Shown here piece by piece: positions 43,631-52,566 of a DNA stretch of 64,000 nucleotides. Numbering within the stretch: position 1 is the stretch's first letter; each line of letters starts with the position of its first letter. This DNA comes from Calditrichia bacterium (lineage in GTDB: Bacteria; Calditrichota; Calditrichia; JAJRVZ01), in assembly GCA_963712885.1 (NCBI GenBank), contig CAVQJT010000026.1, positions 32,858 to 96,857 of the forward strand, written 5' to 3'. The translations under genes were made by a program, and so were the position numbers. Below the pieces are notes generated by a model. It was not told the DNA's origin. It was given only the letters and a program-made list of their open reading frames with translations, and ran no database searches.

Positions 43631-44968
43631 ATGTATTCCTATCGCGCCGACATAACTGAAACGGCAAAACTGGCTTATCCGGTATTGATCGGGCAATTAG
43701 GCCATATGATGATGGGTGTGGTTGATTCACTGATGGTCGGCAAAATCGGACCCGCACCCCTGGCCGCAGCATCAATCGGGCACGGACTTTTTGTCATGGT
43801 GCTCATATTTGGAATTGGCGTCTCCGTAGCAGCAACACCGATGGTTTCTATGGCGGTTGGGGCTGGACGTGAAGAAGAGAGCGGAATTATTTTTCGGCAA
43901 TCGCTGCTGGTCAATATGGTGCTGAGTATTTTTTTGGCGATCATTTCATTTTACGGAGCCGATCTGATCGGTTATCTCGATCAACCACCTGAGGTGGCGA
44001 TACAGGCCATTGCATATATGCAGACCCTGGCTTGGTCGATCATTCCGGTCATGCTGTTCCAGACATATAAACAATTCATCGAAGGGCTTTCCGTTGTAAA
44101 ACCGGCAATGATTGTGACCCTGATGGCGAATCTGGTCAATATATTTGGAAACTGGGTGTTAATATTCGGGAATCTGGGTTTCCCTGAAATGGGTCTTGTG
44201 GGGGCGGGTTGGGCTACATTTTTAACCCGCATGACGATGGCCATTGTGCTCACCTGGTATATATCGGCAGCTGGGCGGTTCAAGAAATTTGATCCTACAC
44301 TTCATTATCGCAAAATAAACCGCCGGATGATTCTCAAAATCTTACGGGTTGGTGTGCCGAGTGGTCTGCAGTATTTCTTCGAAGTGGGAGCTTTTGCCGG
44401 TTCTGCGGTTATTATCGGTTGGCTTGGGACTGCCGAACTGGCTGCACACCAGATTGCAATCAATCTGGCTTCAATTTCTTTTATGTTTGCACTCAGCATT
44501 TCGGGTGCAGCAGCAATCCGCGTGGGAACCGCCATTGGTAAGAGGGACGTCCGTAAAACATGGAATGCAGGTATCAGTGCCTTTATTCTTGCTGGTCTTG
44601 TAATGGGAACTTTTGGGGTAATCTTTATTTTGTTCAGGTATTTCCTGCCCGGCTTGTACGTTGAGGATCCGGGTGTGATCAAAATTGCCGGCTCATTGCT
44701 GCTGATCGCAGCCCTGTTTCAATTGTCGGATGGCACCCAGGCAGTGGGATTAGGCGCATTACGGGGTATTCAAGATACAAAAATACCGATGATTTTTACG
44801 TTTGTAGCCTACTGGATCGTTGGTTTGCCCGGAGGCTATTTACTTGGTTTTACATTTGGTCTAGGGGTAGAGGGGGTTTGGATTGCATTGTTATGTGCGC
44901 TTTCTGTCTCTGCGATCTTATTGTTCAGCCGTTTCAGGATCAAAAGCAGGGGAGCGCATAGGTTATAA
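43631..44968 (+). CDS. MATE efflux transporter, NorM subfamily
   Basis: LAYPV..GQL....GVVDS.MVG, FFEVGAF, LAAHQIA, FQLSDG.Q....GALRG..DT. Confidence 0.93.
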   Translation: MYSYRADITETAKLAYPVLIGQLGHMMMGVVDSLMVGKIGPAPLAAASIGHGLFVMVLIFGIGVSVAATPMVSMAVGAGREEESGIIFRQSLLVNMVLSIFLAIISFYGADLIGYLDQPPEVAIQAIAYMQTLAWSIIPVMLFQTYKQFIEGLSVVKPAMIVTLMANLVNIFGNWVLIFGNLGFPEMGLVGAGWATFLTRMTMAIVLTWYISAAGRFKKFDPTLHYRKINRRMILKILRVGVPSGLQYFFEVGAFAGSAVIIGWLGTAELAAHQIAINLASISFMFALSISGAAAIRVGTAIGKRDVRKTWNAGISAFILAGLVMGTFGVIFILFRYFLPGLYVEDPGVIKIAGSLLLIAALFQLSDGTQAVGLGALRGIQDTKIPMIFTFVAYWIVGLPGGYLLGFTFGLGVEGVWIALLCALSVSAILLFSRFRIKSRGAHRL

Positions 44969-44970
44969 TA

Positions 44971-45003
44971 AAATAACCGGATGAAAGATTCATCCGGTTA
45001 TTT
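44971..45003. terminator. Bidirectional terminator hairpin between MATE and brxA
   Basis: AAATAACCGGATGAA-AGA-TTCATCCGGTTATTT, perfect 15-bp stem overlapping the brxA stop. Confidence 0.85.
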
Positions 45004-45414
45004 ACAGAAGGTATCGAACGCATTACGCAATTCACCCGCGATTTGTTCAGGCAATCGACCTTCGATCTGATGACGTGGAATCATATGAACAAGCTTTCCC
45101 TCTTTGAAAAGAGCCATCGAAGGTGATGAGGGTGGATAACCCGGCATATAAGAACGGGCCTGACGTGTAGCTTCGGAATCCTGTCCTGCAAAAACGGTAA
45201 CAAAACGATCCGGTAAATGCGAGTGCTGCAGGGCTATTCTGACACCGGGACGGGCATTGCCGGCTGCGCAACCACAAACCGAATTTACCACAAGAAAGGT
45301 CGTACCCTCTTTTTCATTCATAATCTGATCTACCTCGTCAGGTGAATGTAATTCCTTGAAACCAATTGTTGTAAGTTCACCGCGCATCGGCTTAACAAGT
45401 TCTTCCGGATACAT
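44998..45414 (-). CDS. Bacilliredoxin BrxA/BrxB (YphP/YqiW family)
   Basis: MYPEELV.PMR.EL, NSVCGCAAG.ARP, TVFAG, PPSSPSMALFK, RHQIEG; RBS AGGAGG. Confidence 0.95.
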   Translation of the reverse strand: MYPEELVKPMRGELTTIGFKELHSPDEVDQIMNEKEGTTFLVVNSVCGCAAGNARPGVRIALQHSHLPDRFVTVFAGQDSEATRQARSYMPGYPPSSPSMALFKEGKLVHMIPRHQIEGRLPEQIAGELRNAFDTFCK

Positions 45415-45678
45415 ATATATGTCCTCCTGATTATGCAAAGTTAATGTTACAGACATCTGGAACTGATATCGGTTCACGATTGATAAATCTTTCACCGATC
45501 TGTATTTCCAAAATAAATAACTAAAGTGATTATTATTCTATTCCGGGAAAACAATCTACTGTCTCTTAAAATTTGTGGTAAAGTTGGAAGGAAAAAAATA
45601 ACCGGAAGTAATAAATATGAGCGCATATTATTGCAACGATTGCCAATGGCGGATTTTACGCTAATTACCTGCTGTTAA

Positions 45679-45709
45679 ATTTTGGATTTTGGATCTTGGA
45701 TTTTGGATT
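45679..45709 (-). repeat. Heptamer tandem array (ATTTTGG)n, same family as 195-213 and 414-438
   Basis: ATTTTGG ATTTTGG ATCTTGG ATTTTGG ATT, 10 nt after the pdxA stop on the minus strand. Confidence 0.85.
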
Positions 45710-45719
45710 GAACCACGAT

Positions 45720-46705
45720 TCACCAGGCATACAAAGTGACGGCTCTGATCGCCTCCACCATACTAATCTCTGAGGCTTTACCCATGCCGGCGATGTCAAA
45801 AGCTGTGCCATGATCAACCGATGTACGTAAAAACGGTAATCCCATCGTCAGAGAAACCGTCCGGTGAAAATCCAGTGTTTTGGTGGCAATATGTCCCTGA
45901 TCATGATATAGGGAAAGCACCGCGTTGTAGGCACCCTCTTTAGCAAGATGAAATACCGAGTCGGCTGGAATAGGTCCGCTTACCCGCATACCTTGGGAAT
46001 GGGCTTTTTCAATCGCTGGTGTCAGAATTTGAATTTCTTCCTCACCGAACATGCCCTGTTCACCCCCGTGCGGATTTAATGCTGCAACGGCAAGTGTGGG
46101 ATTCTTGATGCCAATCTGTTCAAGATATCGGCAGGAATTGGTAATGGCGTCGCCCAGTTTTTTGGTATCCAGGGCAGCTGCAACATCCTTAAGCGGAATG
46201 TGGCGACTGTAAAAGAAAACGCGTAACGATCCCGTGACAAATAAGGTCATCGTATTGGTGCTTTTTGTGAGGCTTGTAAGCATCTCGGTATGATCAAGAT
46301 AGGGGACTTTTGCCATCCGCAGAGCCTCTTTATTTATCGGAGCGGTGACTATAGCCTGAAAGGTTTTGTTCAGAGTAAATTCAATAATCTTTTTCAATGG
46401 CTTTATAGGCATACTCGCCGCCGGATGCGGTGATCTTACCCATTTCCGGTGAAAGAGGTTGTAAACCCAGATCCAGACAGTATAGGTGATTTGGGTCCGG
46501 GTCTGGCGTTTTACCAGGGATAAAATCTGAAACTTCTATTTTTATTTCGAGACTTTTGAGCCAGAGACTGAAAGATCGATTTTTCGCCGACAACGATAGG
46601 ATCACAGAAATCGTATAAATCGGGATAATCATGTAGGGCTTTCAGGATTATTTCCGGACCGATTCCGCAAGGATCACCCATAGTCAAGGCATATTTTGGT
46701 TTCAT
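45720..46705 (-). CDS. pdxA: PdxA-family 4-hydroxythreonine-4-phosphate (or threonate-4-P) dehydrogenase (frameshifts)
   Basis: TMGDPCGIGPEI, TAPINK, NPHGGE, GPIPAD, YHDQGH, RTSVDHGTAFDIAG. Confidence 0.9.
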
Positions 46706-47116
46706 TTGTCGCCTTTCTGATTACTCTTTTTATATAAAATATCAACCTGAATTATTTGCAGAAAAATAAGTTACCATAGCAATATAAGAAATAAAATTAA
46801 AGAATTGGGTATTCTGATAGTCAGACAGATTATCGGAAATGAAGCAATCTTAATCTTTGATGGTTCATATCTCATTTTTGATCTTTAAAGTTCCCTGAGA
46901 TTTAGTCCAGATTTCTGTATTTTAGATCCTGTGTGGTTTTATAAAGTACCGGTTTGAATAGATAAAATAGGCGGTCATTCATTTACTATGAATTTAAAGT
47001 CAGAAGCCAGTTGGTTCAAGGATGTTTGGAATTTTTAAAGACGAGGCACCAGATTTTTCTACGCATTTCTATACCGTAATAAGACGCACACCCGTCAATT
47101 TGGCAGGTGGTTACTT

Positions 47117-47309
47117 TATTATATCTATATCCTTCATTCCGATGAGCTACCTTTACCGAACCTTCTCGGTCAAATACCTTGATTCCGGCCGGATGATGTG
47201 ATAAATTCAAAAATTTATTCACAGGAAAGCCGGAAAATGTAATGTGCTGATATTCAGCGTATTTTATTTCCACAGGATATCTTCATTAAAAATGCGGAAA
47301 AATTTATGA
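47117..47309 (+). pseudogene. Possible decayed small GIY-YIG (YhbQ/UPF0213-like) nuclease gene
   Basis: YYIYILHS...GQ in one frame and LIFSVFYFHRISSLKMRKNL in another at family-like spacing; internal stops. Confidence 0.3.
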
Positions 47310-48091
47310 TGGCTGCCGGTGTCATCAATGTAAGTGTCGCAAATATATATGAAACAGATGCATACCGGAGCCAGGTAGTTACGCAGGGAATCCTGGGAGA
47401 AGAAGTAAAAATTCTCGAGCAAAAGCAAAATTTCACTTTTGTTGAATTGCCCGATACATACAGGGGTTGGATTAGCAACTTTCAGCTTGTTCTGAAAAAC
47501 AAGCACCCTGAAGAGGATCAGGTAATGGTTCGGGATCACTGGATCCACATTTACCGGGAACCACGTGTCGGTAGTCCGGTGATCAGAGATGCCGTAATCG
47601 GCACCCGGTTAAACCAATCAGGGTTTGATGGTAATTGGCTGCAGATTCAATTGCCTGACGGGGAATCCGGCTGGATTAAAAAATCAGTAACCGGTTCTTT
47701 TCCTCCCTCAGGACGTGAGGGTATCATCACGCTTGCAGGTGAATTTATCGGGTATCCTTATTTTTGGGGTGGCAGGTCACCAAAGGGATTTGACTGCTCT
47801 GGTCTCACCCAGACAGTTTTTGGTTTACTTGGGATTAAACTTCCACGTGATTCGTGGATGCAACAATCAGCTGGTAAACGGGTTGAAACCCAACCGGCAG
47901 ATGCCAAACCTGGTGATCTTTATTTTTTTGCAGAACGGGGTGACCGGATTACCCATGTGGGTATTGCCCTTGGATCTGGCAGAATTCTGCATGCCCGGGG
48001 ATATGTGCGGATTAACAGTCTGGTTGAAAATGATCCGGTCTTTAGCGATGATCTCAGATCGATATTTGTTGATGTTCGTTCGTTTTTATAA
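47306..48091 (+). CDS. NlpC/P60 (C40) peptidase with SH3b domains (dipeptidyl-peptidase VI-like)
   Basis: PYFWGG....FDCSGL, LPRDS..Q, PGDL.FF, THVGI, LHA. Confidence 0.93.
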   Translation: MMAAGVINVSVANIYETDAYRSQVVTQGILGEEVKILEQKQNFTFVELPDTYRGWISNFQLVLKNKHPEEDQVMVRDHWIHIYREPRVGSPVIRDAVIGTRLNQSGFDGNWLQIQLPDGESGWIKKSVTGSFPPSGREGIITLAGEFIGYPYFWGGRSPKGFDCSGLTQTVFGLLGIKLPRDSWMQQSAGKRVETQPADAKPGDLYFFAERGDRITHVGIALGSGRILHARGYVRINSLVENDPVFSDDLRSIFVDVRSFL

Positions 48092-48102
48092 TTGTTACTA
48101 CC

Positions 48103-48612
48103 ATGATTAATCTAAATCGAAGTGTTCTTGTCCTGAATCAGAACTATGAACCGATCGCAATCTGTAACGCAAAAAAGGCGATCATTTTGGTATACCTGGG
48201 TAAGGCACAGATTGTTGAGAGTTATAATTCGAGGATCCGGTCGATCAGCAGCTATATGCCCTTTCCCTGTGTCGTTCGTTTGCAAATATATATTTACCGT
48301 CCATTTAGACCGGTTATGCTCAATCGTAAAAACATCCTGAAACGGGATCGGCATATCTGTCAGTATTGTGGCAAGAATACCGGGCCGATGACGGTTGATC
48401 ATATTATTCCAAAACACTTCGGCGGAAAGCACAGCTGGGAAAATCTGGTTTGTGCCTGCATTAAATGTAATAATATGAAGGGCAACCAGACCCCTGAACA
48501 GGTCGGTATGGTTCTGCGAAGAGCACCTGAAAAACCCAGCCAGTTGTTCTTTCTTCAGTTTTTTATTGAAGAACCTCACGAGAAGTGGCGGCCATATCTT
48601 TTTTTGAACTAG
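48103..48612 (+). CDS. HNH endonuclease (McrA-like)
   Basis: VLVLNQNYEP, RD.H.CQYCG, TVDHIIP...GG..SWENLV.AC..CN..KG. Confidence 0.93.
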   Translation: MINLNRSVLVLNQNYEPIAICNAKKAIILVYLGKAQIVESYNSRIRSISSYMPFPCVVRLQIYIYRPFRPVMLNRKNILKRDRHICQYCGKNTGPMTVDHIIPKHFGGKHSWENLVCACIKCNNMKGNQTPEQVGMVLRRAPEKPSQLFFLQFFIEEPHEKWRPYLFLN

Positions 48613-48634
48613 GTAGAACGAGGAGTATATCAAC

Positions 48635-49609
48635 GTGGCCCAAAGGATTCTGAGCGGGATGCGACCATCCGGAAAACTGCATTTGGGTAATTACGCGGGT
48701 GCATTGGAGAACTGGATTGATCTGCAGGATAAATACGATAATTTCTTTTTTGTCGCCGACTGGCATGCCTTGACCACCAATCCGTCAGCGGCCTCTGATG
48801 TATGGCAGAATACAAGGGATATGGTAATTGACTGGTTGAGCGCAGGTATCAAACCGGAAAATCCAATCTTTATCCAATCTGAAATTAAAGAACATGCAGA
48901 ACTACATTTATTGTTTTCAATGCTGATTACGAATGCAAGATTGGAGCGAAATCCGACGCTCAAGGAGCAGGTGAGAGATCTACAGACAGAAAATATTTCC
49001 TATGGCCATCTTGGATACCCGGTTCTTCAGGCGGCGGATATTCTGATCTATAAGGCAAATCTCGTTCCGGTCGGTGAAGACCAGGCACCACATGTTGAAA
49101 TTACCAGAGAGATTGCCCGTAAGTTCAATGCCACATATGGTGAAGTATTTCCTGAGCCGGAAACAAAGCTAACGAAATTTTCCCGCTTGCCTGGATTAGA
49201 TGGACGGAAAATGGGTAAATCCAACGATAATTATATCCTTATGGCGGACGAAGAGAACGAAATTTTCGCTAAGGTTCGGACAGCCATAACCGATCCTCAA
49301 AAAGTCCGCCGTCACGACCCCGGAAATCCAGATATTTGCAATGTATACTGGCTGCACAAAAAATTTAATACAGAGGAAATCCCGCAAATAAGAAGGGATT
49401 GTAAAAGTGGGGTACTTGGATGTGTGGATTGCAAAAAGAATTGTGCCGGTAAAATAGCAAATTTTTTTGAACCACATCGTGAACAGAGAGTCGCCTATGA
49501 ACGTGATCCGTCTCTGGTTGAAGATATACTGCGAAATGGGATAACGAGAGCACGTAAAGTGGCGCAGCAAACCATGGATGAGGTACATAAAACAATGCGA
49601 ATGGGTTGA
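48635..49609 (+). CDS. trpS: Tryptophanyl-tRNA synthetase
   Basis: SGMRPSG.LHLGNY, YPVLQAADIL, VPVGEDQ..H.E, KMGKS. Confidence 0.97.
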   Translation: MAQRILSGMRPSGKLHLGNYAGALENWIDLQDKYDNFFFVADWHALTTNPSAASDVWQNTRDMVIDWLSAGIKPENPIFIQSEIKEHAELHLLFSMLITNARLERNPTLKEQVRDLQTENISYGHLGYPVLQAADILIYKANLVPVGEDQAPHVEITREIARKFNATYGEVFPEPETKLTKFSRLPGLDGRKMGKSNDNYILMADEENEIFAKVRTAITDPQKVRRHDPGNPDICNVYWLHKKFNTEEIPQIRRDCKSGVLGCVDCKKNCAGKIANFFEPHREQRVAYERDPSLVEDILRNGITRARKVAQQTMDEVHKTMRMG

Positions 49610-49611
49610 AA

Positions 49612-50331
49612 ATGGGATACCGCGTTAAACTGGATATATTTGAGGGACCTTTTGATCTGCTGCTTTATCTTATCCGTAAGCACGAGATAGATATATATGA
49701 CATTCCGATTCATATTATCGCCAGACAGTTTCTGGAATATATTGAATTGATGAAGTTGCTGGATCTTGAAATCGCGGGGGAATTTATCGAAATGGTGGCC
49801 ATCCTGATGAATATCAAAGCGCGCATGTTGTTGCCACGTCCCTTTGGCGTTAGTGAAGAAGACTACGAGGATCCGCGTGCAGAATTGGTGGAACGTCTGA
49901 TTGAATACAAACGTTTTAAGGATGCATCAGCAGAATTGTCTCAGTATGAAGACAAGCAGCGGTTGTTATATCCAAGAAATTTTTTCCCCAGGATTGAAGT
50001 TGAGCAGGAAGAAGATCCCGATGCCTACCTGCAGGATGTATCGCTTTTCGATCTTCTTATGGCCTTCAAACGTGCTCTGGACAATATGCCTAAGGTGACC
50101 TATCACGAAGTGAAAAGAATTGACGTGACCATCGAGGATCAAACCACGTTTATCTTTGAACGGCTTAAACAGAATAAAATGATTCTATTTTCGGATTTAA
50201 TGACTGAGATCAGAGAGAAAATCGTCATCGTTGTTACCTTTCTGGCACTACTTGAACTGATCCGTACCGGTAGGATTATTGTACGGCAATCGGCTTTGTT
50301 TGAGGATATCAGAATCAAATCGGCTGCCTAG
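49612..50331 (+). CDS. scpA: Segregation and condensation protein A
   Basis: FEGPFDLLLYLI, IKARMLLP, DPRAELV..L.EY, TFLALLEL. Confidence 0.96.
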   Translation: MGYRVKLDIFEGPFDLLLYLIRKHEIDIYDIPIHIIARQFLEYIELMKLLDLEIAGEFIEMVAILMNIKARMLLPRPFGVSEEDYEDPRAELVERLIEYKRFKDASAELSQYEDKQRLLYPRNFFPRIEVEQEEDPDAYLQDVSLFDLLMAFKRALDNMPKVTYHEVKRIDVTIEDQTTFIFERLKQNKMILFSDLMTEIREKIVIVVTFLALLELIRTGRIIVRQSALFEDIRIKSAA

Positions 50332-50358
50332 TTTTAAATAACATTAATTGGGATAAAA

Positions 50359-51055
50359 TTGGCCAAAGATAATCTACATCGCATAATTGAAGCGCTACTC
50401 TTCGCAAATGATAGCCCCCTTAATCTGGATAAACTTAAAGAAATTCTCGATGGCACCAGTAAGAAAGAAATCAGGGAAGCTATTGCCGATTTACAGAAGT
50501 ATTATGATGACAGCGGTAGCGCAATAAAAGTCACGGAACTGGCCGGGGGATTTCAGACTGCTCACCCGGGAGGAGTATGCCGCAATCCTGCAAAAACTTT
50601 ATCGCGGTCGTTCGGCCTCTCGCCTTACCCAGCGTGCACTCGAAACGTTGGCAATTATCGCTTATAAACAACCGATCACCAAGCAGGAAATGGAAGCCAT
50701 TCGTGGTGTGAATGTGGATGGTGTTGTCAAAACATTGCTGGAACGAAATCTGATCAAGATCGAAGGACGTCAGAAAGCACCTGGTAATCCATTGCTATAT
50801 GGAACAACCAGATATTTTCTGCAATATTTTGGATTGGATTCACTCGAATCTTTGCCTAAGCTCAAGGAAATCGATGAATTGCTCAAGGATGATGACAAAT
50901 TTCTTGAAAGTCTCGATCAGGTGGCGCTGAAGGAATTAGCTCCGGAAGCTTTGGGTATAAAAAATGTAGTAGCCCGGGAGAACCTGAAAATCGAATTCGA
51001 TGAAAAGCCTGAGGAAGATATAGAGGAACAGAAGCCAGATGATACGACTCAATAA
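50359..51055 (+). CDS. scpB: Segregation and condensation protein B (frameshift ~50558)
   Basis: IEALLFA, LAGGFQ, IIAYKQPIT, IRGV, YGTT..FL..FGL..L..LP. Confidence 0.94.
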
Positions 51056-51758
51056 ATATCTGGCAAATGCCGGTATCGCCTCACGTCGTAAATGTGATGA
51101 TCTTATTGCTGCCGGCCGGATCAAAGTCAATGGAAAAGTTATAAAAGAAATGGGCTTCCGGATTGAAGAGTCAACCGATCAGGTAAGCTATGATGATCGG
51201 GTCGTCACAGTCGAAAAACAGTTCAGATATATCTTGCTAAACAAACCCACCGGTTATGTCTCCACGGTAAGTGATGAATACAACCGACCAACGGTTCTGG
51301 ATTTGGTCTCCCTGAATGAGCGAATTTATCCGGTAGGACGACTGGATTACGATTCGTCTGGGCTTTTGCTGTTGAGTAATGATGGCGAGCTAACAAATAT
51401 GCTATTGCATCCAAAGTTCAAAGTTGAAAAAGTATATCATGTATTACTCGATAAACTTATAACACAGATTGCCTTGTATCACCTGGAGCAGGGGATTGAC
51501 CTGGAGGGAAAACGTACCAGTCGCTGTAAAATTACCCAGATCAGGGTGATGGATAATCGCAGTCTGCTTGAGGTCAAAATTCGTGAGGGATGGAACCGGC
51601 AAATTCGGCGGATGTTCGATGCGTATGGTTATCGCGTTGAGTCTCTTGAGCGAATTGCCTTTGGCCCGCTTACCCTGACCGGCTTAAAACCCGGTGAGTG
51701 GCGTCCGCTTTCCCGCTATGAAGTAGCCAAACTTAAAAGACTTTATGACCCAACATGA
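51039..51758 (+). CDS. rluB: 23S rRNA pseudouridine synthase RluB-like
   Basis: S4 domain RLNKYLA..G.ASRR; NKP.G, PVGRLDYDSSGLLLL.NDG, EG.NRQIRRM. Confidence 0.9.
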   Translation: MIRLNKYLANAGIASRRKCDDLIAAGRIKVNGKVIKEMGFRIEESTDQVSYDDRVVTVEKQFRYILLNKPTGYVSTVSDEYNRPTVLDLVSLNERIYPVGRLDYDSSGLLLLSNDGELTNMLLHPKFKVEKVYHVLLDKLITQIALYHLEQGIDLEGKRTSRCKITQIRVMDNRSLLEVKIREGWNRQIRRMFDAYGYRVESLERIAFGPLTLTGLKPGEWRPLSRYEVAKLKRLYDPT

Positions 51759-52453
51759 AACCGAGTAACCCACGTATCAGGATTGCTATTGACGGCCCGG
51801 CAGCATCGGGTAAGAGCACGACAGCCCGGTTGGTTGCCCATGAACTCGGGTTTCTCTATGTCGATACCGGTGCTATGTACCGTGCTGTTACACTGGCTGT
51901 TTTGGAACAAGGCATCGATCCGGGAAATACAGCGGCTATAACCCGGTTGGCTGAAAAACTGGAGATAAATCAAACCTCTCACGGAACCGAAACACACACC
52001 CATCTCAATGGCAGAGATGTCTCTGCCGATATCAGGATGCCGGCTGTTACTGCTGTGATCAGTCAGATATCAAGTGATCCGGTTTTACGCAGGATTATGG
52101 TTGAAAAGCAACGCGGAATGGCAGCAAGAGGGAACGTAGTCATGGAAGGGCGTGACATCGGAACGGTCGTCATACCTGATGCGGAGATAAAGATATTTAT
52201 GAAGGCTACACTCGGAGAAAGAGCACGCAGACGTTTGCTGGAATTAAATGGAAGCGGTGTAAAAACTACTTTAAAGGAGATCAAAGCGGATATCAGCAGA
52301 CGAGATGCACTTGATGCCAGCCGGGTGAATTCCCCACTCAAAGCGGCATCAGATGCCATCATACTCGATACCTCTCTGATGAGTATAGACGAACAGGTAA
52401 AATTTGTGATTGAATTGGTGAATCTTAGAGTTTCTTTTGGGCGTTTAGATTAG
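51755..52453 (+). CDS. cmk: Cytidylate kinase
   Basis: IAIDGPAASGKST, DTGAMYRA, VMEGRDIGTVV.P.A. Confidence 0.97.
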   Translation: MKPSNPRIRIAIDGPAASGKSTTARLVAHELGFLYVDTGAMYRAVTLAVLEQGIDPGNTAAITRLAEKLEINQTSHGTETHTHLNGRDVSADIRMPAVTAVISQISSDPVLRRIMVEKQRGMAARGNVVMEGRDIGTVVIPDAEIKIFMKATLGERARRRLLELNGSGVKTTLKEIKADISRRDALDASRVNSPLKAASDAIILDTSLMSIDEQVKFVIELVNLRVSFGRLD

Positions 52454-52566
52454 TTTGAGTACCACTTTAATAAAAAATTATTGTCTCTGGAAAAATAATA
52501 CATTAAATTTATAGACTTTATGTTTTATGATACACTATCCCATTCTGTAAGGAGGTACATTTTTTA

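Noticed and set aside
47016-47273. 85-aa minus-strand ORF between pdxA and the C40 peptidase
   Set aside because: No recognisable motif or RBS, and it overlaps the possible GIY-YIG relic on the other strand.
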